A DNA stretch of 39,261 bases from positions 6,813-46,073 of the forward strand of contig CAZZPW010000002.1 of assembly GCA_964655825.1 (NCBI GenBank), in the 5' to 3' direction. Source of the stretch: an uncultured Candidatus Saccharibacteria bacterium (lineage in GTDB: Bacteria; Patescibacteriota; Minisyncoccia; Phycocordibacterales; UBA918). A model generated the notes under the pieces. The model had not been told where the DNA came from and did no database searches. It saw nothing but the letters and a program-made list of their open reading frames with translations. How positions within the stretch are numbered: position 1 is the first letter of the stretch; every line of letters begins with the position of its first letter. Below, piece after piece: positions 15,616 to 24,491 of the stretch. The translations under genes and the position numbers were made by a program.

Positions 15616-16407
15616 CTATGACGATGCTGGCACTCCGGCGTAGCAGGCAAGTATAAATGATTCACTCAAGCGCACATGATACTGATACTGTCCAGCAACG
15701 TACTGCCCACCGCACTCATCAAGCACAGCCTCATCGGCTACCGGACCATAGACAGAAAATCCATCTCGGGTGTAGCCAATCACTTGTGTCATCGATACAT
15801 TGGCATATCGCGCAGCGTCACTATTCAGTAAGGGTTGTCCGGCAGTTGTTATCCCAATTAATGTATCGGGTAGACAGCTCGTAAAGGTTGAGCGGACCGT
15901 GCGCACCGGCAGGGAGAGAAAAAGCTCCTCACGCACGACTGTTTCCGTGGTCGACCCAGTTTGCACCATCTCGGTTACTCGTTCGGTGACAACCCGCTGC
16001 CCTTCAACCATTTCGAGCTGCGCTTGTGCTGGCCAGTTAGCTAACAGCCTGGAGGGTTGTGGTCCAGTGCACCACGTCACGGTGCGTGTACCGGTAAAAG
16101 TTGGCGTATTGGTTGCTGCTTCTGCTTGCAGTTGCTGCGCGGTTTGGTCAACCGAAGTAAACACAGGTGGCGCATCGTCCAAGTACCCGTCACCGGCGGC
16201 GAGTCGCGCCCGCAATTCGGCCCATCGAGTCGAGCGCTCATCAGAGGCGGACGGTGTAATAGCAGTGCTCTCCACCGGTGCACTCGACGTGAAAAACAGC
16301 TCCTGCACCTCGGCAACCGCCCGCCCGGAGAAACCCGTGTAGCTGGCACCAATCACGACAAAGCTTAGAACAAGAATATATAACAAAAAATCCCGCGTCC
16401 GTATCAT
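15616..16407 (-). CDS. membrane-anchored hypothetical protein, possibly a degenerate YHYH-domain protein
   Basis: N-terminal TM helix. The C-terminal LDECGGQYVAGQYQYHVRL resembles the D-x-CGGH...YHYH motif, with GGH changed to GGQ and YHYH to YQYH. The ATG at 16407 is preferred over the GTG at 16413. Confidence 0.4.
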   Translation of the reverse strand: MIRTRDFLLYILVLSFVVIGASYTGFSGRAVAEVQELFFTSSAPVESTAITPSASDERSTRWAELRARLAAGDGYLDDAPPVFTSVDQTAQQLQAEAATNTPTFTGTRTVTWCTGPQPSRLLANWPAQAQLEMVEGQRVVTERVTEMVQTGSTTETVVREELFLSLPVRTVRSTFTSCLPDTLIGITTAGQPLLNSDAARYANVSMTQVIGYTRDGFSVYGPVADEAVLDECGGQYVAGQYQYHVRLSESFILACYAGVPASS

Positions 16408-16446
16408 ACCCACATCATAGCATTGACGCTTGCGAGCAGTATACGA

Positions 16447-17733
16447 CTACCGCACAGTTACCCCTTCGGGTACCTTTTCTGGGTCGACCAAAAAACCTTT
16501 TAAGTCGCGACGACCAATAATGATAGGGAACCGGAGGTGACTTCGTTCCGTGTAGCTTGCAATCGTTTTAATGGTCTTACCTTTCATTTTGAACGCAAAC
16601 TTTGCGGTCTTACGCTTTTGTCGACCACTCCCAGAGCGAACGTGGACGAGCTTGTCGTGTTCGTCTAAGCCAAGCTCGTGCACCAAATCGACGTCGATTG
16701 ATGAGCGAAACGCTCCGGTGTCGATTTTCGCACGGACACTTTTCTTTTTATTTGGTCCCATAATAGTAATACGTTCGATGACACCAAGCGTGCGGTCAGC
16801 GACATCAACCGCTTCAAGTGAACTATCAGCAAACAATTGTTGGGCCAACTGAATAGCTCGCTCCGTGGTCGGCACCTCAAGATTCGACACACGCTCTAAG
16901 CGCGTCCGTAACGATGAGCGATTCGCAACCTGAATGGAAAGCCCAGGCCGAGCGTTAACCTCGAGCACTAGCGGTCCTCGCTCCTCATCGAGAATAATAT
17001 CAATGCCGACAAACCCGAGACGCGAGGCTCGTTGCGCCTCGATTGAAACCCGTAAGATTTCTTCCCACTGCGGTAATTTAATACCGTGCAACTTAAGTTT
17101 TGTGCCCGGAACGTACCGGACAGTATCGTTATGAGCTGCCGCGTAGGTAGTGATACCAGTCCGCATATCGATACCAACGCCGAGGGCACCAAGGTGCAGA
17201 TTGGCTTTACCATCAGACTGTTTTGTCGGTAAGCGAAGCATCGCCATCACGGGAATACCATTACAGACAATCACCCGTACATCGGGCACACCACCGTGCG
17301 TGTACTTCTTAAACATAGAGTGCACCCGCACCCGCTCTTCCACAAAAGCGTTATCAGGTAAGTTGTCGAGTGAGTGTGCCCCATCGAGAATACCGAAGAT
17401 TTCTGACTCAAGGTCGGCTACTCCAAAATCTCGCTTAGCTGAACGCCCACTGGTACCATCCCACTTGCCGACTATCGTAATTCCACGGCCACCATAACCA
17501 TGCGCTGGCTTTAACACAAACGCGCGTGGGAGTGTCTCCCAGTTGTAGTGACGCGCGGTGTCGAATGAGGTAAATGCGGCAATCAGCCCGGTGGTCGGCA
17601 CACCTGCATCTAATAAGACTTGCTTGGTGGCTAATTTATCATCGGCACGCAGCTTATACGTACGCCGATTAAATTTGCGAATGTAGAGGTAGTTACGGGC
17701 ATTGAGACCCAACACTGTCTGACTGAGTGCCAT
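16447..17733 (-). CDS. RimK-like ATP-grasp amidoligase (alpha-L-glutamate ligase-like) fused to a C-terminal retropepsin-like domain
   Basis: LGLNARNYLYIRKFNRRTYKLRADDKLATKQVL, VLKPAHGYGGRGITIV and GIDIILDEERGPLVLEVNARPG are ATP-grasp features. The C-terminal ~110 aa carry VRAKIDTGAFRSSID (the D-T-G-A signature). Confidence 0.8.
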   Translation of the reverse strand: MALSQTVLGLNARNYLYIRKFNRRTYKLRADDKLATKQVLLDAGVPTTGLIAAFTSFDTARHYNWETLPRAFVLKPAHGYGGRGITIVGKWDGTSGRSAKRDFGVADLESEIFGILDGAHSLDNLPDNAFVEERVRVHSMFKKYTHGGVPDVRVIVCNGIPVMAMLRLPTKQSDGKANLHLGALGVGIDMRTGITTYAAAHNDTVRYVPGTKLKLHGIKLPQWEEILRVSIEAQRASRLGFVGIDIILDEERGPLVLEVNARPGLSIQVANRSSLRTRLERVSNLEVPTTERAIQLAQQLFADSSLEAVDVADRTLGVIERITIMGPNKKKSVRAKIDTGAFRSSIDVDLVHELGLDEHDKLVHVRSGSGRQKRKTAKFAFKMKGKTIKTIASYTERSHLRFPIIIGRRDLKGFLVDPEKVPEGVTVR

Positions 17734-17742
17734 AGTACAATA

Positions 17743-18663
17743 CTAATCTGTTACAAACTCCCGAAACCGAAAGACCTCAGTTAAGCGCAGGCCAAAGTAT
17801 CGACCAATCATAATATTCAGTGGTATGACGAGTAACACTAACTCGGGATAGACAATCAGGTAATTGCGCACCACTTCGCTCGTTGCTAAGAAGTACCCGA
17901 GTAAACCGAGCATCAGTGTCGTTGAAGTAATCGTCAGTGTTTCCGTTAAACTCTTGTGCAGTTGTACCGATACGATAGAGTCACCGAGCAAAATCAGAAT
18001 TAGAATCGGGAAAATTGACAAACTTAAGACTTGCTCGTACTCAAAGAAGAGGGCTGCCGTTAGAGCGGCAAAGACAAAAATGGAGAGGATCAAGAGCGAC
18101 AGCGAGCGTTTCGGGTAGAACATCATCCGGACATTAGAGACCAGCATTTTGGCTACGTACGACGCGAGTACGACCGCTCCCAAGATAAACAGACCTACCC
18201 CCACACCAACCGACACGAAGGCAAATGCTAAAGCAATCGGGACGAGCATGTCGACCGTTGGAAGGCCAATCACCACCCGGGTAAAACTAATACAGAGCGC
18301 CAGTATCGGCGTAAGCAGAATCAAGAATATTGTATTTGCAGGAATACCCACAAAAATTGCCTCCTGGACCCAGTACGCGAAGAAATTAAAAAACGTGAGT
18401 TCCGGCAGCGGTCGTTTCTCAAGCTCAGCAAAAATCGCCTGCTGTGCCTCTTCTCGTTCGGGCTGCGTAGGGTCGTTAGCTTGTGTGGTTACCGCTTCAC
18501 GTTGCGAGGTAAGCTCGGCGGCAGTGTTAGATGCTGCGAGTACCGGCGAAGCGCTTGTTGCCGTACTGGTGGCTACCGATGAGGTCGCGGTCGTTGTTTG
18601 CGCGTATAGCGTTACCGCGCTCAAAAGAAAAAGGGCTACAGCCCCTCCGAATACATATTTCAT
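17743..18663 (-). CDS. 7TM membrane protein of the type associated with RimK-like ligases (no transglutaminase domain)
   Basis: Signal peptide MKYVFGGAVALFLLSAVTLYAQ, a Thr/Ser/Ala-rich spacer, about 7 TM helices, and a C-terminal GLRLTEVFRFREF. The ATG at 18663 lies 2 nt after the upstream stop. Confidence 0.55.
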   Translation of the reverse strand: MKYVFGGAVALFLLSAVTLYAQTTTATSSVATSTATSASPVLAASNTAAELTSQREAVTTQANDPTQPEREEAQQAIFAELEKRPLPELTFFNFFAYWVQEAIFVGIPANTIFLILLTPILALCISFTRVVIGLPTVDMLVPIALAFAFVSVGVGVGLFILGAVVLASYVAKMLVSNVRMMFYPKRSLSLLILSIFVFAALTAALFFEYEQVLSLSIFPILILILLGDSIVSVQLHKSLTETLTITSTTLMLGLLGYFLATSEVVRNYLIVYPELVLLVIPLNIMIGRYFGLRLTEVFRFREFVTD

Positions 18664-18665
18664 AA

Positions 18666-19937
18666 TTACCACTGTGGCAGAATTTCTAGAGTTTGTAAAG
18701 ACGTTACATGTCGGTTATTCAACGGGTCGAATTTACCTACGAACAGATGTGGGTACCGCTCGGGATGGTTAATCAGATACTCCCACATCTCCACGTTGCC
18801 TTCAAAGTACACCATACTCTTGGTGAGCACACAGCCCGTTGACTGCCCAGTAGTACCCCGAAAAATACGTCGACACACCTCCCAGGTCCGACGAATAATT
18901 GATTCCTCATCGGCATGTGGGTCGTGACTGTGGATTTGGTAGTAGGCTCGCATGAGTACAAATACCGAACGGAAATCACGTTCCTCACCATCAAGCCCGA
19001 GCGCGAGTCCGAGGGCAAGATAGCGGTCTTGTCCGTAGAATAAATCGGCTCCTTCAACTTGCTGCTGAGTATAACTCGCCAGCCCTTCTTCACCCTTAAG
19101 GTACCCGTCGAGCCCTATCGCTAATAACCGTAACGACTGCTGCGTACCGCGGTGTGCCCGAGTAGCATGGACACCAATTTCGTGAGCCGCAATAGCCTCT
19201 GTTGCTACGTGCGTCAGGGGTCGGTGTCGATTCGCCAGATGTTCATCGTTAGGCACATACACCTGTCGTTTTGAGGGATTAACCGAAAAAATCACGCGTC
19301 GACCGGTAGTATCAACCACCACTTGCCAGCCCTCGAGAGCGTGTTCAGCAATAATCTCTTCAAATACCTTTGCTACCTGCGTGCTGGTGAGAGCTGGTTC
19401 ATTACTCGCTCGTAGGGGTGGCAGCACCTCTGTTGGCAATGGCTCTGTTGGGCGTGCTACGTGCCCAAGTGTGTCGGAGAGTTTATCTAACGCCTGTTCG
19501 GCAGTACTATTGTTGGGGGTCTGTGCTAATGCGTGGTGTACAATTTGGGCAAAGTAGGTGGTATTAGGGCTCCCGTAAATCAGTTTTGACGTGGCGCAAA
19601 ACCGCTCGTCGTCCAATTGAGCAGCTGCGTCAAGCAATTCAAAACGCAACTGCTGGTTCTTCAGTTTAGCCCGGTACAATTGCACCACCACCTCGGGGGC
19701 AGAACTCGATTCGACCACATCCACGCACTCAGCCAGCGCGGCCGTCGCCGCCGACATGTCAAAAACCGCGGGTTCGAGTAAAAATTTTGGGTTTTCTACC
19801 TCATCAGTAATGAAGCGGACAAATTCCCGCCGGTCAACACTAATCATCGCCTGCAACACTTCCTCATCATTCACACTATCAAGTGCCGTGCGTAGTGACG
19901 CAAAAAGATCAGCATCGAGTACCGGATGTGCGCTCAT
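18666..19937 (-). CDS. DUF1704-family (QEGLA-motif / MATCAP-like) metallocarboxypeptidase
   Basis: HEIGVH (HExxxH) at AIAAHEIGVHATRAH, and a QEGLA-like LKGEEGLASY motif. 423 aa. Confidence 0.7.
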   Translation of the reverse strand: MSAHPVLDADLFASLRTALDSVNDEEVLQAMISVDRREFVRFITDEVENPKFLLEPAVFDMSAATAALAECVDVVESSSAPEVVVQLYRAKLKNQQLRFELLDAAAQLDDERFCATSKLIYGSPNTTYFAQIVHHALAQTPNNSTAEQALDKLSDTLGHVARPTEPLPTEVLPPLRASNEPALTSTQVAKVFEEIIAEHALEGWQVVVDTTGRRVIFSVNPSKRQVYVPNDEHLANRHRPLTHVATEAIAAHEIGVHATRAHRGTQQSLRLLAIGLDGYLKGEEGLASYTQQQVEGADLFYGQDRYLALGLALGLDGEERDFRSVFVLMRAYYQIHSHDPHADEESIIRRTWEVCRRIFRGTTGQSTGCVLTKSMVYFEGNVEMWEYLINHPERYPHLFVGKFDPLNNRHVTSLQTLEILPQW

Positions 19938-19946
19938 ACCTACAAC

Positions 19947-20660
19947 CTAGATACCAAACTGAACACCAACATCGGCGGCCGTCGTTGGCGTACCGGTTGC
20001 TGTTGAGGTACTGGTCGGCGTCACGGGCGAACCATTAGCTGCAGCAATCGCAGCGATAATTTGGCTGGCAAAGTCATCATATGATTCAAAGGCCATTCGT
20101 TCTCCGTTAAGGGTAAACGTAGGAGTGCCCGTAAAGCCTGCGTCGCGCGCTTCGGCAAACTGGGCACGTACATGCTCTTCAATCACAGATGCCCCCAGAT
20201 GGCGGCGGAAGGTCGGTACATCGAGTCCAAGTTCTTCGGCGTACCCAATAAAAAAGGCGGTGGCGTTCGGGGCACTCGACCACGCTTGTTGGTTTGCAAA
20301 CAGGAGGTCGTGCATGCCCCAGAAGGCATCCTGTTGAGCAGCTGCTTCAGTAGCCCGGGCAGCCGGAATAGCCATCGGGTGAATGGTTACCAATGGGAAG
20401 TGACGATACTCAACCCGAATATCATCGCCGTACTCCGCTACTAACGTATCAACCACGGTTGCTGCGGCAGCACAGGCAGGGCACTGAAAGTCACTGTACT
20501 TGATGAGTTCGACGGCTGCGTCAGGATTACCCTTCACGTTGGGTTCGATAACGACACCCTCGTTTGCCTCCTCAGCCGCTTGATTCGATAACCAAAAGGC
20601 TCCAGCAAACACCGCTATAATCGCTAGCACAATGAGCACCCCTTTGTTCTTCTTTAGCAT
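19947..20660 (-). CDS. DsbA-family thiol:disulfide oxidoreductase, membrane anchored
   Basis: N-terminal TM anchor, CxxC active site in YSDFQCPACA, and GTPTFTLNG, the cis-Pro loop region typical of the DsbA/thioredoxin fold. Confidence 0.8.
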   Translation of the reverse strand: MLKKNKGVLIVLAIIAVFAGAFWLSNQAAEEANEGVVIEPNVKGNPDAAVELIKYSDFQCPACAAAATVVDTLVAEYGDDIRVEYRHFPLVTIHPMAIPAARATEAAAQQDAFWGMHDLLFANQQAWSSAPNATAFFIGYAEELGLDVPTFRRHLGASVIEEHVRAQFAEARDAGFTGTPTFTLNGERMAFESYDDFASQIIAAIAAANGSPVTPTSTSTATGTPTTAADVGVQFGI

Positions 20661-20766
20661 ACCTCCATTCTTACGTTAGGTGTAACATCGGGTATTGTAG
20701 CAGAGGGTACGTCAGCTATTTGGTTGCGCCTCTGGAAAGCGTGTGCTCTAATGCTAAAACTGATAT

Positions 20767-21501
20767 ATGGCCAAGCGCCCCTTCAAACGAAAAATCAAAC
20801 GTAAGCGTCACGGCGCCAGCTTTTGGGACCATGAGTACACCGAGGGTGGGCACCTCAAGTTGTCTGACGAAGCCGCCGAAGACCTCAAGAAATTCTGCCG
20901 CTGGCTCCTCCGGCAACACGGTAATGCGTACCTTAATCCCACCACACAGGTAGCTGACTTCGGCTGTGGCAATGGCCGCAACCTTGTCTACCTGGCCGAA
21001 ACCTTTGGTGTCCACGGTGTGGGGTACGACGTCTCAGCCGCGGCTATAAAGATTGCTCAATCCGCGTCAACTGCATATACCCTCAGCTACGAAGCGCGGA
21101 GTATTGCTGGCACCTTCCCCGCTATACCCGATGAATCACAAAGTATCGTGCTCGATATGATGACATCACATTTTCTCTCTGCAGCACAGCGAAAAACCCT
21201 CAAATCAGAGCTGCTGCGGGTCCTTAAACCGGGTGGCTACCTGTTTATGAAAACACACCTCGGTGATGGTGACTTGCACACCAAACGGCTCCTGGCAGAA
21301 GCTCCAGCGAAAGAGCCGCAGACCTACATCCACCCAGTTATGGGAGTGCCCGAACACGTCTATTTCGAAGCTGACCTACGCGACTTCCTCGAACCTGACT
21401 TCACGATTGAAAAAGTGTATCGCTCACACAAGCACATTAGCCGCGGTCGAGCTCGTAAACGTCGGACCATCACCGTCTACGCCCGTAAACCAGAGTTTTA
21501 G
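20767..21501 (+). CDS. class I SAM-dependent methyltransferase with basic termini
   Basis: Motif I VADFGCGNGRNLVYLA. Lys/Arg-rich N-terminus (MAKRPFKRKIKRKRHG) and C-terminus (SRGRARKRR). Confidence 0.75.
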   Translation: MAKRPFKRKIKRKRHGASFWDHEYTEGGHLKLSDEAAEDLKKFCRWLLRQHGNAYLNPTTQVADFGCGNGRNLVYLAETFGVHGVGYDVSAAAIKIAQSASTAYTLSYEARSIAGTFPAIPDESQSIVLDMMTSHFLSAAQRKTLKSELLRVLKPGGYLFMKTHLGDGDLHTKRLLAEAPAKEPQTYIHPVMGVPEHVYFEADLRDFLEPDFTIEKVYRSHKHISRGRARKRRTITVYARKPEF

Positions 21502-22775
21502 GCTAGTGGAATGGTGACCGTAAACGTTGTCCCTGCATCTTGGCGCGACTGGACCGTAATCTGTCCACCAAGCATCTCGACTGACTGTTTAACGATATAT
21601 AACCCGAGACCGGTCCCCTGCGCTCGCTCTTTGCGGGCATTACTTGCCCGATAAAATTTACTGAACAGGTTTTCAAGTTCATTACTTGGAATACCAATAC
21701 CCGAGTCAGCAACCCAAAACGTTAGTGTTCGGCCGTTTATATTGTACCCAACGTGCAGACGCCCGTTAGCTGGGGTGTACTTAGCTGCATTGGAGACTAA
21801 GTTGCTCGTAACAATATGCAGCAGTCGGCGATCAGTTTGCCACACCAATGGTTGCGGTGGTGTCTCGAGGGCAACCTGAAGCTGTTTTTGTGCAATTGTA
21901 CCCTCAAATTCATCAATAATTTCTTGCAGGTACTGACTGAGATCAATTTCCTGCATATCAGCCTGGAACGTCCCTGTCTCCAGCTGAGAGACGCTCAAGA
22001 AATCATCAATGAGCGCCTTCATTCGCTGCGCATTTGCCGTAATCTTATCTGCGTACCGAAGTTGTTTCTCGGTAAAGCCGCTCGTATCACCGTGCGTCAT
22101 CAACTCGGCATTCCAAGTAATAGCGGCAATTGGCGTGCGTAGTTGGTGCGACGCCAAGGCGACGAATTCGGACTTGGCCTGGTCGATTTTCTTTTGTTGC
22201 GTGATATCAACCAAGGTTACTAATGCCTCTTCATCACTGACGCCACTGACAAAGACCGATAGTCGAACCCACCGCTGGTGTCCGTCAACCGTCACTAAGA
22301 TACTCTCTTGGTCCTGTATAGAGACGCCTTGGAGTACCTTTGAGCGCACCATTTGCCACTCGTCAGTGCCCGCAGCATCAAATAGCTGGTAGAGATTGAG
22401 GGTAGTGACCCGGTCGGTCTGAGTCGCCAATAGACGAATCGCTGCTAGGTTAGCTTTAGTGATGCTGCCATCGCTCGTCACTTTAACGTACGGTACGGGG
22501 CTGTGTTCAAACAAGTGCGCAAATTCGGCTTGTGACGCCTGGAGTGCATCGGCTGCGTGCAGCTTAGCTGCGTAACGCTTGGGAAGAGCCTGTAGTCGAA
22601 ACCACAGGTACCCCATCATACCCGTGAGACAAAGGGCGAGCGTGAGCGCCGGCGGAAATACTGTTAACTCAATACTCAATAGCCACCATACCCCAAACAG
22701 AAGTGCTGGGAGTAGCACAAAAAGCCACGCAACGCGGAGCCAGTACAGGAGATACGGGGGTAGGAACAGCTGCAC
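21498..22775 (-). CDS. sensor histidine kinase (2 TM, PAS-like, HisKA, HATPase_c)
   Basis: H-box FVALASHQLRTPIAAI, N-box NLVSNAAKYT, G-boxes VADSGIGI and GTGLGLYIVK. GTG start at 22775. The 3' end overlaps the convergent methyltransferase gene by 4 nt. Confidence 0.85.
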   Translation of the reverse strand: MQLFLPPYLLYWLRVAWLFVLLPALLFGVWWLLSIELTVFPPALTLALCLTGMMGYLWFRLQALPKRYAAKLHAADALQASQAEFAHLFEHSPVPYVKVTSDGSITKANLAAIRLLATQTDRVTTLNLYQLFDAAGTDEWQMVRSKVLQGVSIQDQESILVTVDGHQRWVRLSVFVSGVSDEEALVTLVDITQQKKIDQAKSEFVALASHQLRTPIAAITWNAELMTHGDTSGFTEKQLRYADKITANAQRMKALIDDFLSVSQLETGTFQADMQEIDLSQYLQEIIDEFEGTIAQKQLQVALETPPQPLVWQTDRRLLHIVTSNLVSNAAKYTPANGRLHVGYNINGRTLTFWVADSGIGIPSNELENLFSKFYRASNARKERAQGTGLGLYIVKQSVEMLGGQITVQSRQDAGTTFTVTIPLA

Positions 22776-22781
22776 ATCTCT

Positions 22782-22790
22782 ATCATAGCA
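22782..22790 (-). promoter_or_regulatory. extended -10 element (TGcTATGAT), 6 nt before the kinase GTG
   Basis: The minus strand reads GCTGCTATGATAGAGATGTG. Confidence 0.4.
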
Positions 22791-22845
22791 GCTCCCCTTC
22801 TCCCCGCGACTCGACTACGCACAATAGCCGATGGCGGATAGCCTG

Positions 22846-22854
22846 TGGTACTAT
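22846..22854 (+). promoter_or_regulatory. extended -10 element (TGgTACTAT), 9 nt before the response-regulator ATG
   Basis: TGGTACTATACACGTACTATG. It is divergent from the kinase promoter, and the two -10 boxes are about 55 nt apart. Confidence 0.4.
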
Positions 22855-22863
22855 ACACGTACT

Positions 22864-23241
22864 ATGAAAAAGACTGTGCTTATTATTGAAGACGAGGCTG
22901 ATATTCGCGAGGCGATGGTTGATTACCTCAGCGAGAGTGACTATAAAGTGCTCGCAGCTAGTGATGGTATTACCGGGCTCCAGACTGCCTTGGCCGAACA
23001 CCCGGACCTCATACTACTCGATTTAATGCTCCCCGCGATGAATGGCCAGGAAGTGCTGCGCAAACTCCGCGAAGACCGCTGGGGTAAAAATGCGGTCGTG
23101 ATTATCATGAGTGCACAAGACGATCTTTCCAATATTGGGATGGCCTACGAAAGCGGTGTGACCGAATACATCATGAAATCTAATGCCTCACTCGAGGAAC
23201 TCTCTAAAAAAGTCCGCGAAACGCTCTTGGCTAACAGCTAA
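22864..23241 (+). CDS. single-domain response regulator (CheY-like receiver)
   Basis: MKKTVLIIEDEADIRE, phospho-acceptor region DLILLDLMLPAMNG, and conserved Lys region YIMKS. No output domain. The ATG at 22864 is preferred over 22831. Confidence 0.85.
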   Translation: MKKTVLIIEDEADIREAMVDYLSESDYKVLAASDGITGLQTALAEHPDLILLDLMLPAMNGQEVLRKLREDRWGKNAVVIIMSAQDDLSNIGMAYESGVTEYIMKSNASLEELSKKVRETLLANS

Positions 23242-23242
23242 A

Positions 23243-24451
23243 CTACTCTGGCATCGTCGTGAGTGTGACTGGTATCACTAACGATTCACCATTACGCCAC
23301 ACCGTCAGACTGGTGGTATCACCAGGCCTATAGGCACGCATGACCGTAGCAAGCTGTCGACCGTCGCGTAACGCCTCGTCATCAATCGCTGTAATAATGT
23401 CGTTCTCGCGCAAACCAGCCTGCGCCGCGGGCGAGCCGGGAATAACCGCAAGGTCTGTCATACGCTCACCGCGCACCACCAACACGCCGTAATCGATGGG
23501 TAGATTATTGCGTTCGACTATGGCATCGGTAATCGGGACATACCGAACACCGAGGTACGGCCGGGCAATAGCTCCGGTCGCTAAGACACTGTCGAGCACT
23601 TCTGCTACCACCTGACCTGGGAGGGCAAACCCAATATTTTCACTGTTACCAGCCACTGCCACATTTACTCCAACCACTTCTCCCGAACTATTTAAAAGTG
23701 GGCCACCAGAATTACCCTGGTTAATTGCCGCATCGGTTTGAATCAGACCGTCAAGTGTCTCGAAGCGCAACCCTGCTTGCGCCGTAATATTACGGGCAAG
23801 ACCAGACACCACCCCTACCGAAACACTGTTAGGAAACTCCGCCAGCGCATTGCCAATCGCAATCACCGGTTCACCCAACACTGGTTCCTTACGAGCAAAC
23901 GCTAAGTGCGTGAACGTAGTTGCTGGCGCGGTAACTTGTAACACAGCGATATCGAGCACTGGGTCACGCGCGATAACCTCGACCGGGTACGTGGTACCGT
24001 CGTTGGTAACGACGGTGTACTCCACCCCGGTCTGGTCTACCACGTGGCGGTTGGTAATGAGGTGACCCGATTCACTCACAAAAAAACCCGTCCCGCCGCC
24101 AATCTCACGTTCTTCGGTACCAACCTGTCGCTGCCGGGGCACGTTAAAAGCGCCCCAAAACGAACCAAATGGACTCACCTGTTCGAGGTAGCGCTCGTAG
24201 AGGGGCACCTCAGCAGTAATCACAATCGAGGCTACGGCCGGTAGTGCCTCAGCAACGACACTCGGTATATCATTCTCCGGCGCAGCGGGCGCGGTCAACC
24301 GGTCGATATTAGACGAGACCGCCGCCGCTTGCTGATTTTCAAATTGCGGTACGTACGCCATTTGAAACCACCACAAACCTGCCACCAGTACGATAGCGGA
24401 AACAGCAATAGTAATACCTATATTAAGCAATAAAAATCTTATGCCGGTCAT
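23243..24451 (-). CDS. HtrA/DegP-family serine protease with a PDZ domain
   Basis: N-terminal TM helix. Catalytic triad contexts ITNRHVV, DIAVLQV and GNSGGPLLN. C-terminal PDZ-like region (GSPAAQAGLRENDIITAID). Confidence 0.85.
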   Translation of the reverse strand: MTGIRFLLLNIGITIAVSAIVLVAGLWWFQMAYVPQFENQQAAAVSSNIDRLTAPAAPENDIPSVVAEALPAVASIVITAEVPLYERYLEQVSPFGSFWGAFNVPRQRQVGTEEREIGGGTGFFVSESGHLITNRHVVDQTGVEYTVVTNDGTTYPVEVIARDPVLDIAVLQVTAPATTFTHLAFARKEPVLGEPVIAIGNALAEFPNSVSVGVVSGLARNITAQAGLRFETLDGLIQTDAAINQGNSGGPLLNSSGEVVGVNVAVAGNSENIGFALPGQVVAEVLDSVLATGAIARPYLGVRYVPITDAIVERNNLPIDYGVLVVRGERMTDLAVIPGSPAAQAGLRENDIITAIDDEALRDGRQLATVMRAYRPGDTTSLTVWRNGESLVIPVTLTTMPE

Positions 24452-24491
24452 ACATAATACCTATACGAAAAGATGATCCGCTCTCTTTCAG

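Noticed and set aside
15800-16342. 180-aa plus-strand ORF, together with 16057..16368 and 16077..16352.
   Set aside because: It lies antisense to, or out of frame within, the YHYH-like gene. It is Arg/Ser/Cys-rich with no motifs. These are shadow ORFs.
18149-18772. 207-aa plus-strand ORF.
   Set aside because: It is antisense to the 7TM and DUF1704 genes, is low-complexity (Ala/Ser/Thr-rich mirror of a hydrophobic gene), and has no motif. It is a typical shadow ORF.
20716-21015. 99-aa minus-strand ORF spanning the dsbA/methyltransferase intergenic region.
   Set aside because: It overlaps the 5' part of the methyltransferase gene on the opposite strand. The methyltransferase has clear SAM-binding motifs and this ORF has none.
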